Assembly: GCA_030704615.1 (NCBI GenBank)
Contig: CM060731.1
Location: 88,846,001-88,910,000 of the forward strand
Direction of reading: 5' to 3'
Length of the DNA: 64,000 bases
Source of the DNA: Takakia lepidozioides
Taxonomy: Eukaryota > Plantae > Bryophyta
Position 1 is the stretch's first letter; each line of letters starts with the position of its first letter. A program made the position numbers and the translations under genes. Below the pieces are notes generated by a model. The model searched no databases, was not told the DNA's origin, and saw only the letters and a list, made by a program, of their open reading frames with translations. Below, piece by piece: positions 49,148 through 60,167 of the stretch.

Positions 49148-49990
49148 CGCCTCCACCGCAGCTGCTCAGTCACTCCCCCCCCCACCTTCTTTTTTAGTTT
49201 TTTTTTCCCTCCTCACTCCCTTTTTCTCCCTCTCTCCCTCTCTCTCCACATCTTCATGGGACAGAGGGAGAGATGAGGGAGAAAAAAAAAAAAAAAAAAA
49301 AAAAAAAAAGTGGGGCGGGGGGAGGGGAGTGACTGAGCAGCTGCTCCCTCTCTCTCTCCCTCTCTCCCTCTCTCTCCACATTGTGATGGAGAGATGGAGA
49401 GAGAGGGACTGTTGAGGGGGGGGGGGGGGGAGGTGGGGGGGGAGGCAGCTGCTCCAGTCACTTCCCCACCCCCCCACCGTTTTTTTTTTTTGCCCCCCTC
49501 AACAGTCCCTCTCTCTCCACATCGTGATGGGACAGAGGGACAGAGAGGGAGAGCTGAGGGAAAAGAGGGAGAGAGGGAGAGAGTGGGAGGGATGAGGGAA
49601 GAAAAATAAAAAAGAAGGTTGGGGGGGGGGGGAGTGACTCAGCAGCTGCTGCTGCTCAGTCACTTCCCCCCCCCCCCCCACCTTTTCGTTTTTTGTTTGT
49701 GGAATGGTGGGGGGTACTGAAAGCAGCTTGCTGCTGCTTAGCCCCCCCCCCCCCCGACCTTTCATTTTTTGGTTTTGGCAATGGTGGGGGGCGCTGAGAG
49801 CTACAACAACAAGTACTTGCTGCTGCTGCTCTCAGTCCCCCCCACCTTTTTCTTTTCTTTTTGGAATGGTGGGGGGCTGACAGCAGCAGCAAGTGCTGGT
49901 GCTCTCAGCACCCCCCCCCCCCTCTCTTTTCATTTTTTGCTTATCAGCAGAGTGAGAAAGGGGGAGACAAAGATATAGAGACATAAAGAT
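49148..49990. repeat. Low-complexity region of inverted GCTGCTCAGTCAC(T)CCCC units, G/C homopolymers and GA/CT tracts
   Basis: The unit occurs at about 49160, 49450 and 49650, with reverse complements at about 49325 and 49632. Confidence 0.7.
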
Positions 49991-50095
49991 AGAGGGAGAG
50001 GAAGAGAGGGGAAGGGGGAGGGTCAGGCCTTGTTGGTTTTTAGCATGTGAAATCACACGGTAGTAGTGTTGTGGGCGCAGGTATAAGCTGGTAGT

Positions 50096-52285
50096 ATGGT
50101 GAAGGACAAGGAGAAGGCGCCACCGAACGAGCAGAAATCGCCTGCCACTAAGGTAGGGAAGCTTGACAACGCTCCTGTCATTGACGGCCGTGTGACACGG
50201 TCCACTTGGTCCAAACTCACCAGCCCTATAGGCGGCTATGTGAGAGGACCAAGCCGTAAGGCCGTCGAGGCCTCCACGCCCTTGAAGGTTGAGGCTGGGG
50301 ATGAGCCTCCACTTGAGGGTGGTGCACCCAATGTTCAGGCTGGGACGCCACCCCACGGGCTGATGGAGGGCCCTGACTTTTACGCGGGGAAGCGCATTCT
50401 CAGATCTGCCGCCAGGTATGGGCAACTTGATCTTAGCCCCACCGCCAATGCCTTTTCCCTTTCTTCTGCAACCAAGAGGGCTTATAAGGGGGGGCCTCAG
50501 AAGGGGGTGGGTTCCTCCTCACCTTGGGAGAAGAGGGAGGCTTCAAAGGAGGCCGCAATGAGGTGAAAGGAGGAGGAAAGGAAGAGGGAAGAGGGAAATA
50601 AGGGGGCACGGGAAAGGGAGGGGGAAGAGGAGAGGGTGACACTGGCTATGGAGGGCCCCTTGCGAAGTCCGTCGCCTGAACGGTCAATGAAGAAGACCCT
50701 GGACTTTGGGGCGCCGCCTGCGAGCCTATTGGGTGCATGGGATAGGCTTCCACCCTTATTCCGAGAGGGCGTTATGGGGGGTGCAACACAAGCGGGGACC
50801 GAGGGCAACATTGAGGTCATGGACGCAAAGGTGAGCCTCTTTCCTTCACCTTTTTTCTTTCCTTTGCCTTTCATTTTGTTTCTGGTTTGTTTCTAATTTT
50901 GTGGGTTTTGTGTTAAGGAGCTTGGCGCATTCGTGGCTAAGCTTGTGGCAAGCAGTGGGATTGCCACCGACAAAGCAGGGACAGTGGTGGTGCCTACCCG
51001 TGGGGACGGTAAGAGGAAGAGGAGAAGACGTCATGTCCTCGAGGTTCCCCTAATCATCAAGGAGGGTAGGGAAGTAGTGGAGGGGAAGGGGAAAGGACAG
51101 GCCCAGGAGAGGGAGCGTAAGAGAAAGAGGCGTAGAAGGAGAGAGGTGCAGCCGGGGGAGGGCACTAGTGGGGGAACAAAAGACAAGGGGGAGCTAGTTC
51201 GATGAGCGTGCAGCCGGTGGAGGGCATTAGCGGGGCAACAAAAGACAAGGGAGAGGTAGTTCAGAAGAGCGTGGACGAGGTAAAGACCTCGGGTCCCCGC
51301 AACCTTGATTTGCCAAAGATGAAGGTGCCCCCCTTAGAGACCAATAAGGTCGGTGACCCCATTGGTGAGTATTGGGAGGCCATGAAAAAAGTAGCCTTCG
51401 ACTTGGCGGCGAGGTGGTTCCCTTGGCATATTGATTTGCCATGCCAATCACATCGCCATAGGCGAGCATTCGTGCAAGCACTTGAGGGCACATTTCCGGG
51501 TGAGTGGAATGAGGGGAAGCTTTTGGAGCTGGTGGGAAAGAACCTCAAGGACAAGAGGTACCGTGCGCGACAAACCATTCGCAAGGCACTCAAGGTGGGG
51601 GTCGAACCAACGACCATGCCACATGGAATAACCAAGGTAAGACGCACTTCAGTTGTCATTGGTGTCTTTGAATGCATGTTCATTGCGGTATGGAGTTCAT
51701 TAACATTTATAGTGTCTTTGTTGGGGCTGGACAGGAATCTTGGGAGGCTCTCATCGCAGGGGAGAGGGAAGAGCTGAAGGTGCAGATCTTCGCAAGGGGA
51801 CGTGCGGCAACTGCAGCCCGCCTCGAGAAGTGTGCGGAATCAACACACAAGTGGGGCCCCGGCGGAAGCAAGAGTTTTGTCACCCGATTCGTAAGTGTTC
51901 TTTCTCTTGTCATACCCATTCTTCTTTTTTAGATTCTCCCTTCCATTATGAATTCTGGCCTGTCATTGCATTTGTATGTCATGTGCAGAAAAAGAAGTTT
52001 GAGAGGCCTCCCTCCGCCATCGAGCACAACTTTTGCAAGACTCAGGGGTGGAAGGCCCTTGTAGCCTCAATGGCCAAGACGCCACAATTGACGGAGGATA
52101 GTGCATCTGTAGGGGTGGGGATGGGTAGTTCAGTGGCTCGGCCGGATGGGGAAGAGCCAGTAGTAGGGGGTGGTTCGAAGGATGATGTAATCTCGGACTC
52201 GGCCTCATCATCCTCCAAATTGGAGGCCCAGCGTAGCTTGCATTCCTCGGACGAGTACACCTATGACTCAGGTGATGAGGAGTGA
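50096..52285 (+). pseudogene. CACTA-C TnpA-like multi-exon gene
   Basis: GT-AG introns at about 50831-50917, 51637-51734 and 51891-51988. SWEALI...THKWGPGGSKSF..RF/KKKFERPPSAIE resembles the Ptta/En/Spm domain. The subterminal repeats follow. Confidence 0.65.
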
Positions 52286-52529
52286 GGGATGGTTCCCAGT
52301 TAGAGACATGTAAAGGTAGTACTCGCTTTATGTATATATTTTTTCAGTTACCATTTCGATCCTCATTCTAACCTTAATGGACATGTGGATTCTAATCTAA
52401 CCTATAGATTAGAATGCATGCATTTCATGCAAGCACGAGGCACACCCCATCCCCCAAGAAAACCCCAACCCCCGCCCCCCCCCAAAAAAACGAAAAAAAA
52501 AACCCCAAAACCCCACCCCAAATACCAGC

Positions 52530-53223
52530 TAGCTACCCTCCCACCCAGCGACGCCGGCGCGACGGCCGGGTGTGACCAGCGACGCCGTTGCAATTCCCCG
52601 CCATCGCAACATGACCTGCCAACGTGGAGCTAGCGACGCCACGAAGGGGCTGCGTCGTTGTTGCGACTCCAGGGAGTCGCACACGAACGTGCCCTCCCAT
52701 GGAGCTAGCGACGGCCCCCGGGGGCTGCGACGTCCCTGCGATTCCTGGGCGTCGCTACAGAACCTCCTTATCCATGGGGGACTAGCGACGCCCCCAAATG
52801 GCGGCGACGTCATGGCGATTCCCGGGCGCCGCCAGGCTGCGACGTTTTGGCGACGCCACCGCGTGGCTTATTCTGGGAATGGGCGACGTCCTTGCGACGG
52901 CCCCATGACGCAGGGGAAGGGATGGACCCCCCCTCCCTGCCCTTTGTTGCGACTCCTGGGAGTCGCCATATTGCGACGCCCCGGTGGGGTGGCGTCTTTT
53001 GGCCGTCGCTGGTCGTGGCTAGGTGGACCCGGGGGATTAGCGATTCCCTGAGGTCGCTAATCTGCAACGTTCCGGGAGCAACGTGGCAGCGACTTCCCGA
53101 CGTCGCAATTTGTCCCCGGCGCGCCCCGGGCGCTGTAGTGTATTTTCGTCGCTAGGCGCGGCGTTTGGAGGTCGCTGAGGCATCGCTAAACCCCTCCCCC
53201 CCCCCCCCCCAAACGTAGTAGTG
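52530..53223. mobile_element. CACTA-C right terminus with GCGACG/CGTCGC subterminal repeats
   Basis: It ends CCCCAAACGTAGTAGTG and is followed by the TSD CAA. Confidence 0.88.
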
Positions 53224-53285
53224 CAAAGAGGTGCATGGGGATATCATCAAAGCTGGAATTATACCAGAGTCATTCTGAACACAAC
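53224..53285 (+). pseudogene. Continuation of the PPR gene interrupted by CACTA-C
   Basis: KEVHGDIIKAGII joins ..ENG from 15722 across the CAA duplication. Confidence 0.75.
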
Positions 53286-53941
53286 CAGTAACCAATCCAT
53301 TCATTGGCTGCATTGTTGTGTCAAAAATCCATGCGTAGACTAGAATCGACATGTTCAATGTTGGCAGGGAAAACTGTTCTTGCTGCCCAAAGCATGTGAT
53401 AGTCACAAGCCTAGCAATTGTCTCTGAAAAGTGATGGATGACTGGTGCCTTGGTTACAACATCCACCCTTGTCAACTATTGTGATGTTGCAATGAAATAT
53501 ACCTGCAACAGGCATTGATTAGAAGTTAGCTTTACTTCCATGTCAGCTGCTAGCAGCAAATCAAGGATGTATGCATGATTTGTGCAGAGTCATGGACTGC
53601 TGAAGAGCAGGGAGAGAGTGGGGGTCCAGATTCATCTAAGAAGGCTGGGTTTCAAGCTCCAGATTACCTATCGTTCCCTGTGGAAGGACAAGTACAAGAA
53701 ACAGATGGTCAAGTGGAAGCCGCATCAGCAACGACACAATTGATAAAATCAGGCATTGCTAATGAAGGCACCTTCTTCAACACATTTCACCTGTTTTTCC
53801 CTCTTATCAGACTTGGCACTCTATTTTCATGTTGAATTTTGCAAGTTAGCTGGTTGAGTGAACCATTTGATATTTGGAGTGAGTGACATGATACTGCCAA
53901 TGTGACAACAGGTTCAAGTATCCAAAAACAGGCAACAGAGA

Positions 53942-54830
53942 CACTAGAAGAAAAACGCGGAATAACCACTGGCCCCCTTAACCACTCTTGTCTTTTATCA
54001 CTCTATAAATCACTCCAAGTAATGGTAACCACTGGTCAGTGGTTAATTCCGATGAAATGCCACGGTGGCATCAACCAGCGAGTAATCCACGTGTAATATT
54101 TAATTTTATATTTATTATTCAACATTTGGTCAAATATTTATATTAATAATGATAATATCCGACATGGACGGGTACAGTGATAAATTATGAGTGGTTAAAG
54201 ACACCTCAGTGATGGGAAGTGGTTGAAACCACTTTCTACTCCATGTGTAATATTTTTTTTTAAAGATTTTTATCATTTCAAAATATATTATTCCACGTGG
54301 ACGAGGATAGTATACGTAGATCTGGAGTGGTTAAAGACCCCCTAGTGATTGGTACCACTTGCACAGTGGTGGAATGTGAGTGGTTAAGACCCTTTTGTAA
54401 CTGGAACCACTCTTCAAGTGGGCACTTGTGAGTGGTTACATACACGTGAGTGATTGGTACTACTTCTGTGGTGGGTTGTGAGTGGTTGAAGACACCTGAG
54501 TGATGGGAGGTGATTGAAACCACTTGCTACTCCACGTGAAATAATTCAATTTTTATTTAAGATTTATCATTTCAAAATATATTTAATTATGAACTATATT
54601 ATTCCACGTGGACGGGGACAGCATACGTAGATCTGGAGTGGTTAAAGACCCCCATTGATTGGTACCACTTTGAGAGTGGTGTAGAGTGAGTGGTTACAGA
54701 CCATTTAGTAACTGGAACCACTCGGCGAGTGGTTGGAACCACTCGGCTAGTGGTTACGCGTTAGTGATTACATACACACCAATGATTGGTATTACTTTTG
54801 TGGTGAAGAACTTTAGTGGTTTGTGTGTTG
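53942..54830. mobile_element. Left end of another CACTA family with AACCACT/AGTGGTT subterminal repeats
   Basis: It starts CACTAGAAGAAAAAC and has many direct and inverted AACCAC(T) motifs and an internal ~310-bp duplication. No matching right end was found. Confidence 0.6.
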
Positions 54831-55025
54831 ATGGAAAACCCAAAATCCATCAATCTATCGCTACATTCATCCATCCAGTCATGAGTGAGGGGACTTAGCG
54901 TTTTTTTGGTCTTCCCTGCCATTGTGACATCTGTTTGTTTTCTTTGTGTCGAGTTTGATCGTGAAAGACAAACATGACAGAGCTATGTTTGTTTCTTATA
55001 GTGTCGAGTCTGATCATGAGAGACG

Positions 55026-55365
55026 ACGAGCGGAGCTGGTGGGATAGGGACAGACATGAACTCAAGACCTAGAATCGGGGCATGAAGGTGTGCACGATGG
55101 TGGGACAACCGCGATCGCAAGGTGTGGCTTTTTCTCAATGTACAATGACGAGCGAAGCTGGTGGGATAGGGGGCAGACATGGACTCAAGACCTAGAATTG
55201 GGGCATGAAGGCGTGCACGATGTTGGGACAACCGCGATCGCAAGGTGTGGCTTTTCTCAATGTACAATGACGAGCGGAGCTGGTGGGATAGGGGGCAGAC
55301 AGGGACTCAAGCCCTAGAATCGGGGCATGAAGGCATGCACGATGGTGGGACAACCGCGATCGCGG
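55026..55365. repeat. Tandem repeat, ~121-bp unit, about 2.8 copies
   Basis: GACGAGCG(G/A)AGCTGGTGGGATAGG... recurs at about 55026, 55147 and 55269. Confidence 0.9.
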
Positions 55366-56219
55366 GGTTTGATACTCATGGGAGAAGGAACAACATTCTG
55401 AATTACAATAGGAGGTCATGAAAGTGCTTGAGTGCTATGGAATGGGTGTCTCTGCTGGTGAAGTGTTGCTGGTGTACTGCCTTTAGATGTTGCTCATGCC
55501 AGCGGTACAATCATTAAAGTAGGGGATGTCTTGTGTGAAGAGATGGTGAAAGGATTGTTGAACATCTGCTGAACTTAGTTGGAAGGAGGACACAAATGAA
55601 GGATAGTGGGGAAGGATGCCAATGACATATGAAGAGGGCAATGTACCTACTATGGGGGTAGGCTGTAGCTTTTCTGAAAGAAGATATCAGTTGGCATGCA
55701 TTTGTTCCCTACTGCTTGTATCAATCAGCTTAGGAACATTCATAGACTGAGATCTACAATCAGTGGGGCATAAGGGTCTTTCAAATAGTTAAAATGCAGT
55801 TTTAAGGAGGAGTTAAAAGTGGGGGCTCTGTGATATCATGCCCTCTTCATGCAAAGGGAAAGAGAAGAGAAATCTGAAATAGAGAAGCTAGGGTTTTGCA
55901 TTTTCATTTAAGTAGATGTGAATGATGTCAAAACACCATGCATCAATGTACAATCCATGGGCAGGATATGAAGGGGTAGCAATGTCATGGCAAAGGGGAT
56001 CTATTTCTTAGATAGCTGTAGTATTAATAAAGAAGGAAAAGGAGAGCTCATGTGTAGAAACTAGGGCCTTTGCATTAAGATTTACAGTAGAGTAAGTGGC
56101 AGACATATTTCTGCATCACTTACCTAGTCCAAGTATGGGCCAGTGGGGTATCTCTGATATGTTTACACTGTGGATAGGATCGGAATCTGTATAAGGATCA
56201 GAATGTACTGTTAGAGGAC

Positions 56220-57237
56220 TGTCGGGGACTTAGACACTTATACGGGATCTGTAGGGTACCCTTAATTTTTGCACAGACTGAGACCAACAGGAGCCTTAGG
56301 GGTGACAGCAGCGCACTGTAGAGGGGGGCAACACAGCCAACACAGCCCGTCATAGTCGTCACAGCCAACACAGCCAACACAGCCCGTCACAGTCGTCACA
56401 GCCAACACAGCCAACACAGCCCGTCACAGTCGTCACAGCCAACACAGCCAACACAGCCCGTCACAGTCGTCACAGCCGACACAACCAACACAGCCCGTCA
56501 CAGTCGTCACAGCAAACACAGCCGACACAGCCGACACAGCCCGGCACAGCCACACAGCCAGTCACAGCCCGTCACAGTTTCACACAGCCAGTCACAGCTT
56601 GACACAGCTGTCACGATCATAGGGAACGAAGAGTAGGACAGGGAACGACTGTGGGGAACAACACCTGCGAAGGGAACATGTTAGTTCACAGACACGGTTA
56701 GTGAGGGAAACGGTTAGAACCGCGGAGAGGAAGATAAAGGGAGAAACGGGGAATTGAGGGACATCATTCGGAGGAGGACTTCTTGGTGATAGAGGAGAGG
56801 GGATCGGGCAGAGATGAAGAACGGAAGTGAAGATAGAGAGATGATGAGTAGATGCTTGATATAGGCAAGGCTGTAATGATATTGTAGAGCAGATTAGAGA
56901 CACAATGGCTTCGGCCTGATACCTGATAAATCATAATCGGATACTTTTACGATACAATCACACTGTGTAGAGAGATCTGAGTGAAGCTGTGAAATGAATG
57001 GATGAGCTGATGGAATCCAATAGATTGATAAAGCAAACTGATACTTAATTATCAATGGTAAGATAACTAACATGAATACCAAAAGGGAAACAAATAGGAA
57101 ACACCCCCATGATACACTAGCTGTAGGTCATGACTGATTGTTCTGCGCGGGCTGAGTACTTAGAGATTTCCAACTCTTCTATCTTGGAGTTTCCGCCTCG
57201 AATAGCGAAGGGATGGGTGAGTAAAAGCCGCGCGACA
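56220..57237 (+). repeat. Probable 5' LTR of a non-chromovirus Ty3/gypsy element
   Basis: TGTCG...CGACA ends, with a PBS-like sequence 2 nt downstream. The start is uncertain; an alternative is 55829, after a purine tract. Confidence 0.55.
56330..56615. repeat. 37-bp tandem repeat (ACAGCCAAC ACAGCCAAC ACAGCCCGTC ACAGTCGTC) within the LTR
   Basis: About 5 near-perfect units plus degenerate copies, built from 9-10-bp ACAG subunits. Confidence 0.92.
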
Positions 57238-57825
57238 TTTGGCGACCATACTGGGGACCTGGGACATGAACAACCAGATGTGACAGGCATCTGGTGGGAT
57301 CATGGTGGTTGGACCATTAAAGAATTTGAAGTGAATCAAATTCCCTGTGGAACGAAGGAAGAAAGATTGTCCAAACAATTCTTTCAAAGGTTCTTGGAAT
57401 TGCCAGACGGTTGTAAAGAAAATATTCTTAAACGAGTGCATGATGCTGATCCAGAATGGGGTCTGGAGAAAGGAGTGATAAAGATTTATCAGGTAGCCTG
57501 TAGAGGAAGAGCACGTTGGTTACCAACATTGGTTTATGTGATAGCATTGCTATCCATTAAACGAGTAGAGTTTGAAGGCTGGGAAGAAAGAAAGGTGAAT
57601 GTTTATACTCATATGCATGAAGAGCTTGTACTGGTAAAGAATTGGATTCCAAAGGATATTTTGTGGATCAAACTCACACCAAGAACAGCTTTTCAGACTT
57701 GTTTGCCATATGGTTATATGGTAACGGAGACTTCAAGTATAGCCAAGGGTGCATTGAAGCTTGAAAGAAACCCAGGCATATACGAGAGATATTACAGAAG
57801 AGAGTTTTGGTTATTGCCACATTAA
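57130..57825 (+). CDS. Extra ORF upstream of gag, unknown function
   Basis: About 188 open codons lie between the PBS and gag, with base composition similar to gag-pol. Confidence 0.5.
   Translation: MTDCSARAEYLEISNSSILEFPPRIAKGWVSKSRATFGDHTGDLGHEQPDVTGIWWDHGGWTIKEFEVNQIPCGTKEERLSKQFFQRFLELPDGCKENILKRVHDADPEWGLEKGVIKIYQVACRGRARWLPTLVYVIALLSIKRVEFEGWEERKVNVYTHMHEELVLVKNWIPKDILWIKLTPRTAFQTCLPYGYMVTETSSIAKGALKLERNPGIYERYYRREFWLLPH
57240..57258 (+). promoter_or_regulatory. Primer-binding site (tRNA-Arg-like, Ogre/Tat type)
   Basis: TGGCGACCATACTGGGGAC follows ..GACA TT. Confidence 0.65.
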
Positions 57826-57846
57826 AAGAAATGAAAGACATGGGAC

Positions 57847-60167
57847 ATGAGTGATGAAAGAGAAGCTAGACGACAGAGATATTCAGCAAAAAGAGAAAGC
57901 TATCTGAAAGCTAATTATCCATATCTTTGGGAGAGAGGAATAGACATAGGGGAATCATCTGGACCTCTCACACCATTAAGATCAAAGAGTGCATCACCTA
58001 TACCGGAAGAACTAGAGTTGGATGCCACTCCTTCTGTTTCTTTGCAAGAAAGATTAAGGGAATTGGTACAGGAAGAAGATCAATCACGAGGTGAAAGATC
58101 TGAGGTACATCCTTGGATAAAAGACTTGACAGAAATCTTTGATAAGAGTTGGCATGGAACACCAAAAGCAGGAACTCCAGTTTCTGAAGCAGAAGGTGAA
58201 GAAGGAGAAGAGGATGTGGCAGAGCCAACGGAGAGTTCAGACTCTCCAACACCATTACAGTTGAGTTACATGAGTGAAGAAGAAACCCAAGGGCAGAACT
58301 TGGAGGATGAAAACAGAGAGAAGAAATTAGAAGAGGAAGAATATGAAGAAGTAGACCCAACAGCTGAGGTTGAGACTACAACCAGGACATCCCAACCCGT
58401 TGGACCTGGATCAAGTGGAGCACTTGGATCACAGGCCAACGAAGGTGTCGGCTCAGGGGGATCAGGCGGGCTGCCTGGATCTGGCTCTGGGGGACAGGGA
58501 GTGTGGGAAGTAGTGCAACTGAAGCTGGGAATACTGTGAATATCGTGGGGCCAGAAGCAAGGAGTGCTCAAGGGCCACCACTTGGTGGAAGATCCACCAC
58601 AAAAACAACAGGTCCAGAAGGACCAGCACCAGCAAGGGTGCCAGCACCTGTCAGTGGGCAGAAGGTAGGGCCACAGATGGCGTTACAACCAACACGGGCA
58701 AAACCACCCTTTCCAATATATTCAGGAAAAGGGGATCCCGATGTACACATTAGCCAATTTGAGCACATGTGTATAGTGAACAATGAGAATGGCGATGATG
58801 CCAAGATGAGACTGTTTCCTTGTTCACTTATCAAGAAAGCAAGTGAATGGTATGCAAGATTCCCTGATAATCATTTCCTAACCTGGAATGGCTTGAATAC
58901 AGCATTTCGAAATAGGTTCAGGACAAGTAAAACTGAGGATGAAGTGTATGGAAGTTTACAACAGCTGAAGCAGAAGAAGCATGAAACTGTTGAAGAGTAT
59001 ATGGAGAAGATGGAATTGATGATGAAAAAGCTGGCTGCAGTACCAGCGCCCGGGTTACAGAAGACTTGGTTTGTGAGTGGACTAAGACCAGAGTTGCAAA
59101 AGAAAGTGGATATGTTACCCCATAATACAGTGGAGGAGGCATTTGAAACTGCGAACAGAATTGAGCAATTGGGAATGCTCAGGAGAGAGAAAAAAGAAGA
59201 TGAGGACTCTGAGGATGAGTCAGATGAAGAAGAAGAGCAAGAACTAAAAAGAAAGAGTAAGAGAAAGGAGAAGTTGAAGAGGGATAACTATGAAAAAAAA
59301 TTGGAAGAAATCTTGAAGAAGTATGCCACAGAGGCTGCAACACATTGGAGGAAGGGTGTATGGTGTGCAAAGTGCCAGAATGAAGGCCATACCACCACAG
59401 AATGCCACATGAAGGAGAAACATTGTACTATCTGTAAAATGGATAACCATTCTACTGAGAATTGTTACTACAACAGAAGGACAGCTGCAAGAGAACCTAG
59501 GCAAGTAAGGGTGCATCAGGTGCAGCCCCAGCCAAGAAGAAACAATGATCAGGACCACTATGGTAGGTCTGGTGGTTATAACAATGGCATGGAAGGGAGA
59601 GGTAATTCAAGAGGGAATTACCAAGGAAATTCCAGAGGCAACTATCAGGGTAATCCAAGGGGGAATTACCAGCCCGGGAATCAGGATTATAGAAATAATC
59701 CAAGAACAGACCAAGGGCGAGGACCCAATGGTGAAGAGCTATGTTACTATTGTAATCAGCCAGGACATCGCAAGGCAGCCTGTTCATTCTGGATAAGACA
59801 CCAGAATGAGATGAGAGCTCCTGTGAATGAGGGCCCAGTGGTGGCAGCTCACATGGTTAGGCCATGTGTTGTACCAGAAGTAAGTACAATGATAGTAACA
59901 AGAAGTAAAGCCAAACTAATACCTCCAGTAGAAGAGGAAGAAGATGAGACTGGAAGTGGCAATGATATGCCTGAAGATGAAGAGACTTGGAAAGATGAGA
60001 AGGAACTGCACAAGGAAGTGGCAGATACTATAAGGGAAATGCAAAAGAGTACTGATATTCCTGTGGCAGATTCCTCTGATTCGGATGGAGAAAAAGAAGG
60101 GAGTGAGGAAGAAAGGAAAAAGAAGATGCAGACATGCAAAGTAATGAAGAGACTTTGGCTGAAGTAA
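57847..60167 (+). pseudogene. gag: gag (frameshift at about 58500) with three CCHC knuckles
   Basis: YSGKGDPDVHISQF, FPCSL..KASEWY, TWNGLNTAFRNRF, QKKHETVEEY; knuckles CAKC..GH....C, CTIC...NH....C and CYYC..PGH....C. Confidence 0.9.

Noticed and set aside
50058-50072. GTAGTAGTGTTG resembling a CACTA-C end
   Set aside because: It lacks the rest of the TIR and the subterminal repeats.
53942-55003. Complete 1-kb non-autonomous CACTA ending at TTCTTATAGTG (55003)
   Set aside because: The flanks AGA and TCG do not form a TSD, and this TAGTG lies in an unrelated short duplication.
56330-56615. CRISPR-like 37-bp periodicity
   Set aside because: There are no unique spacers; it is a simple tandem repeat inside a eukaryotic LTR.
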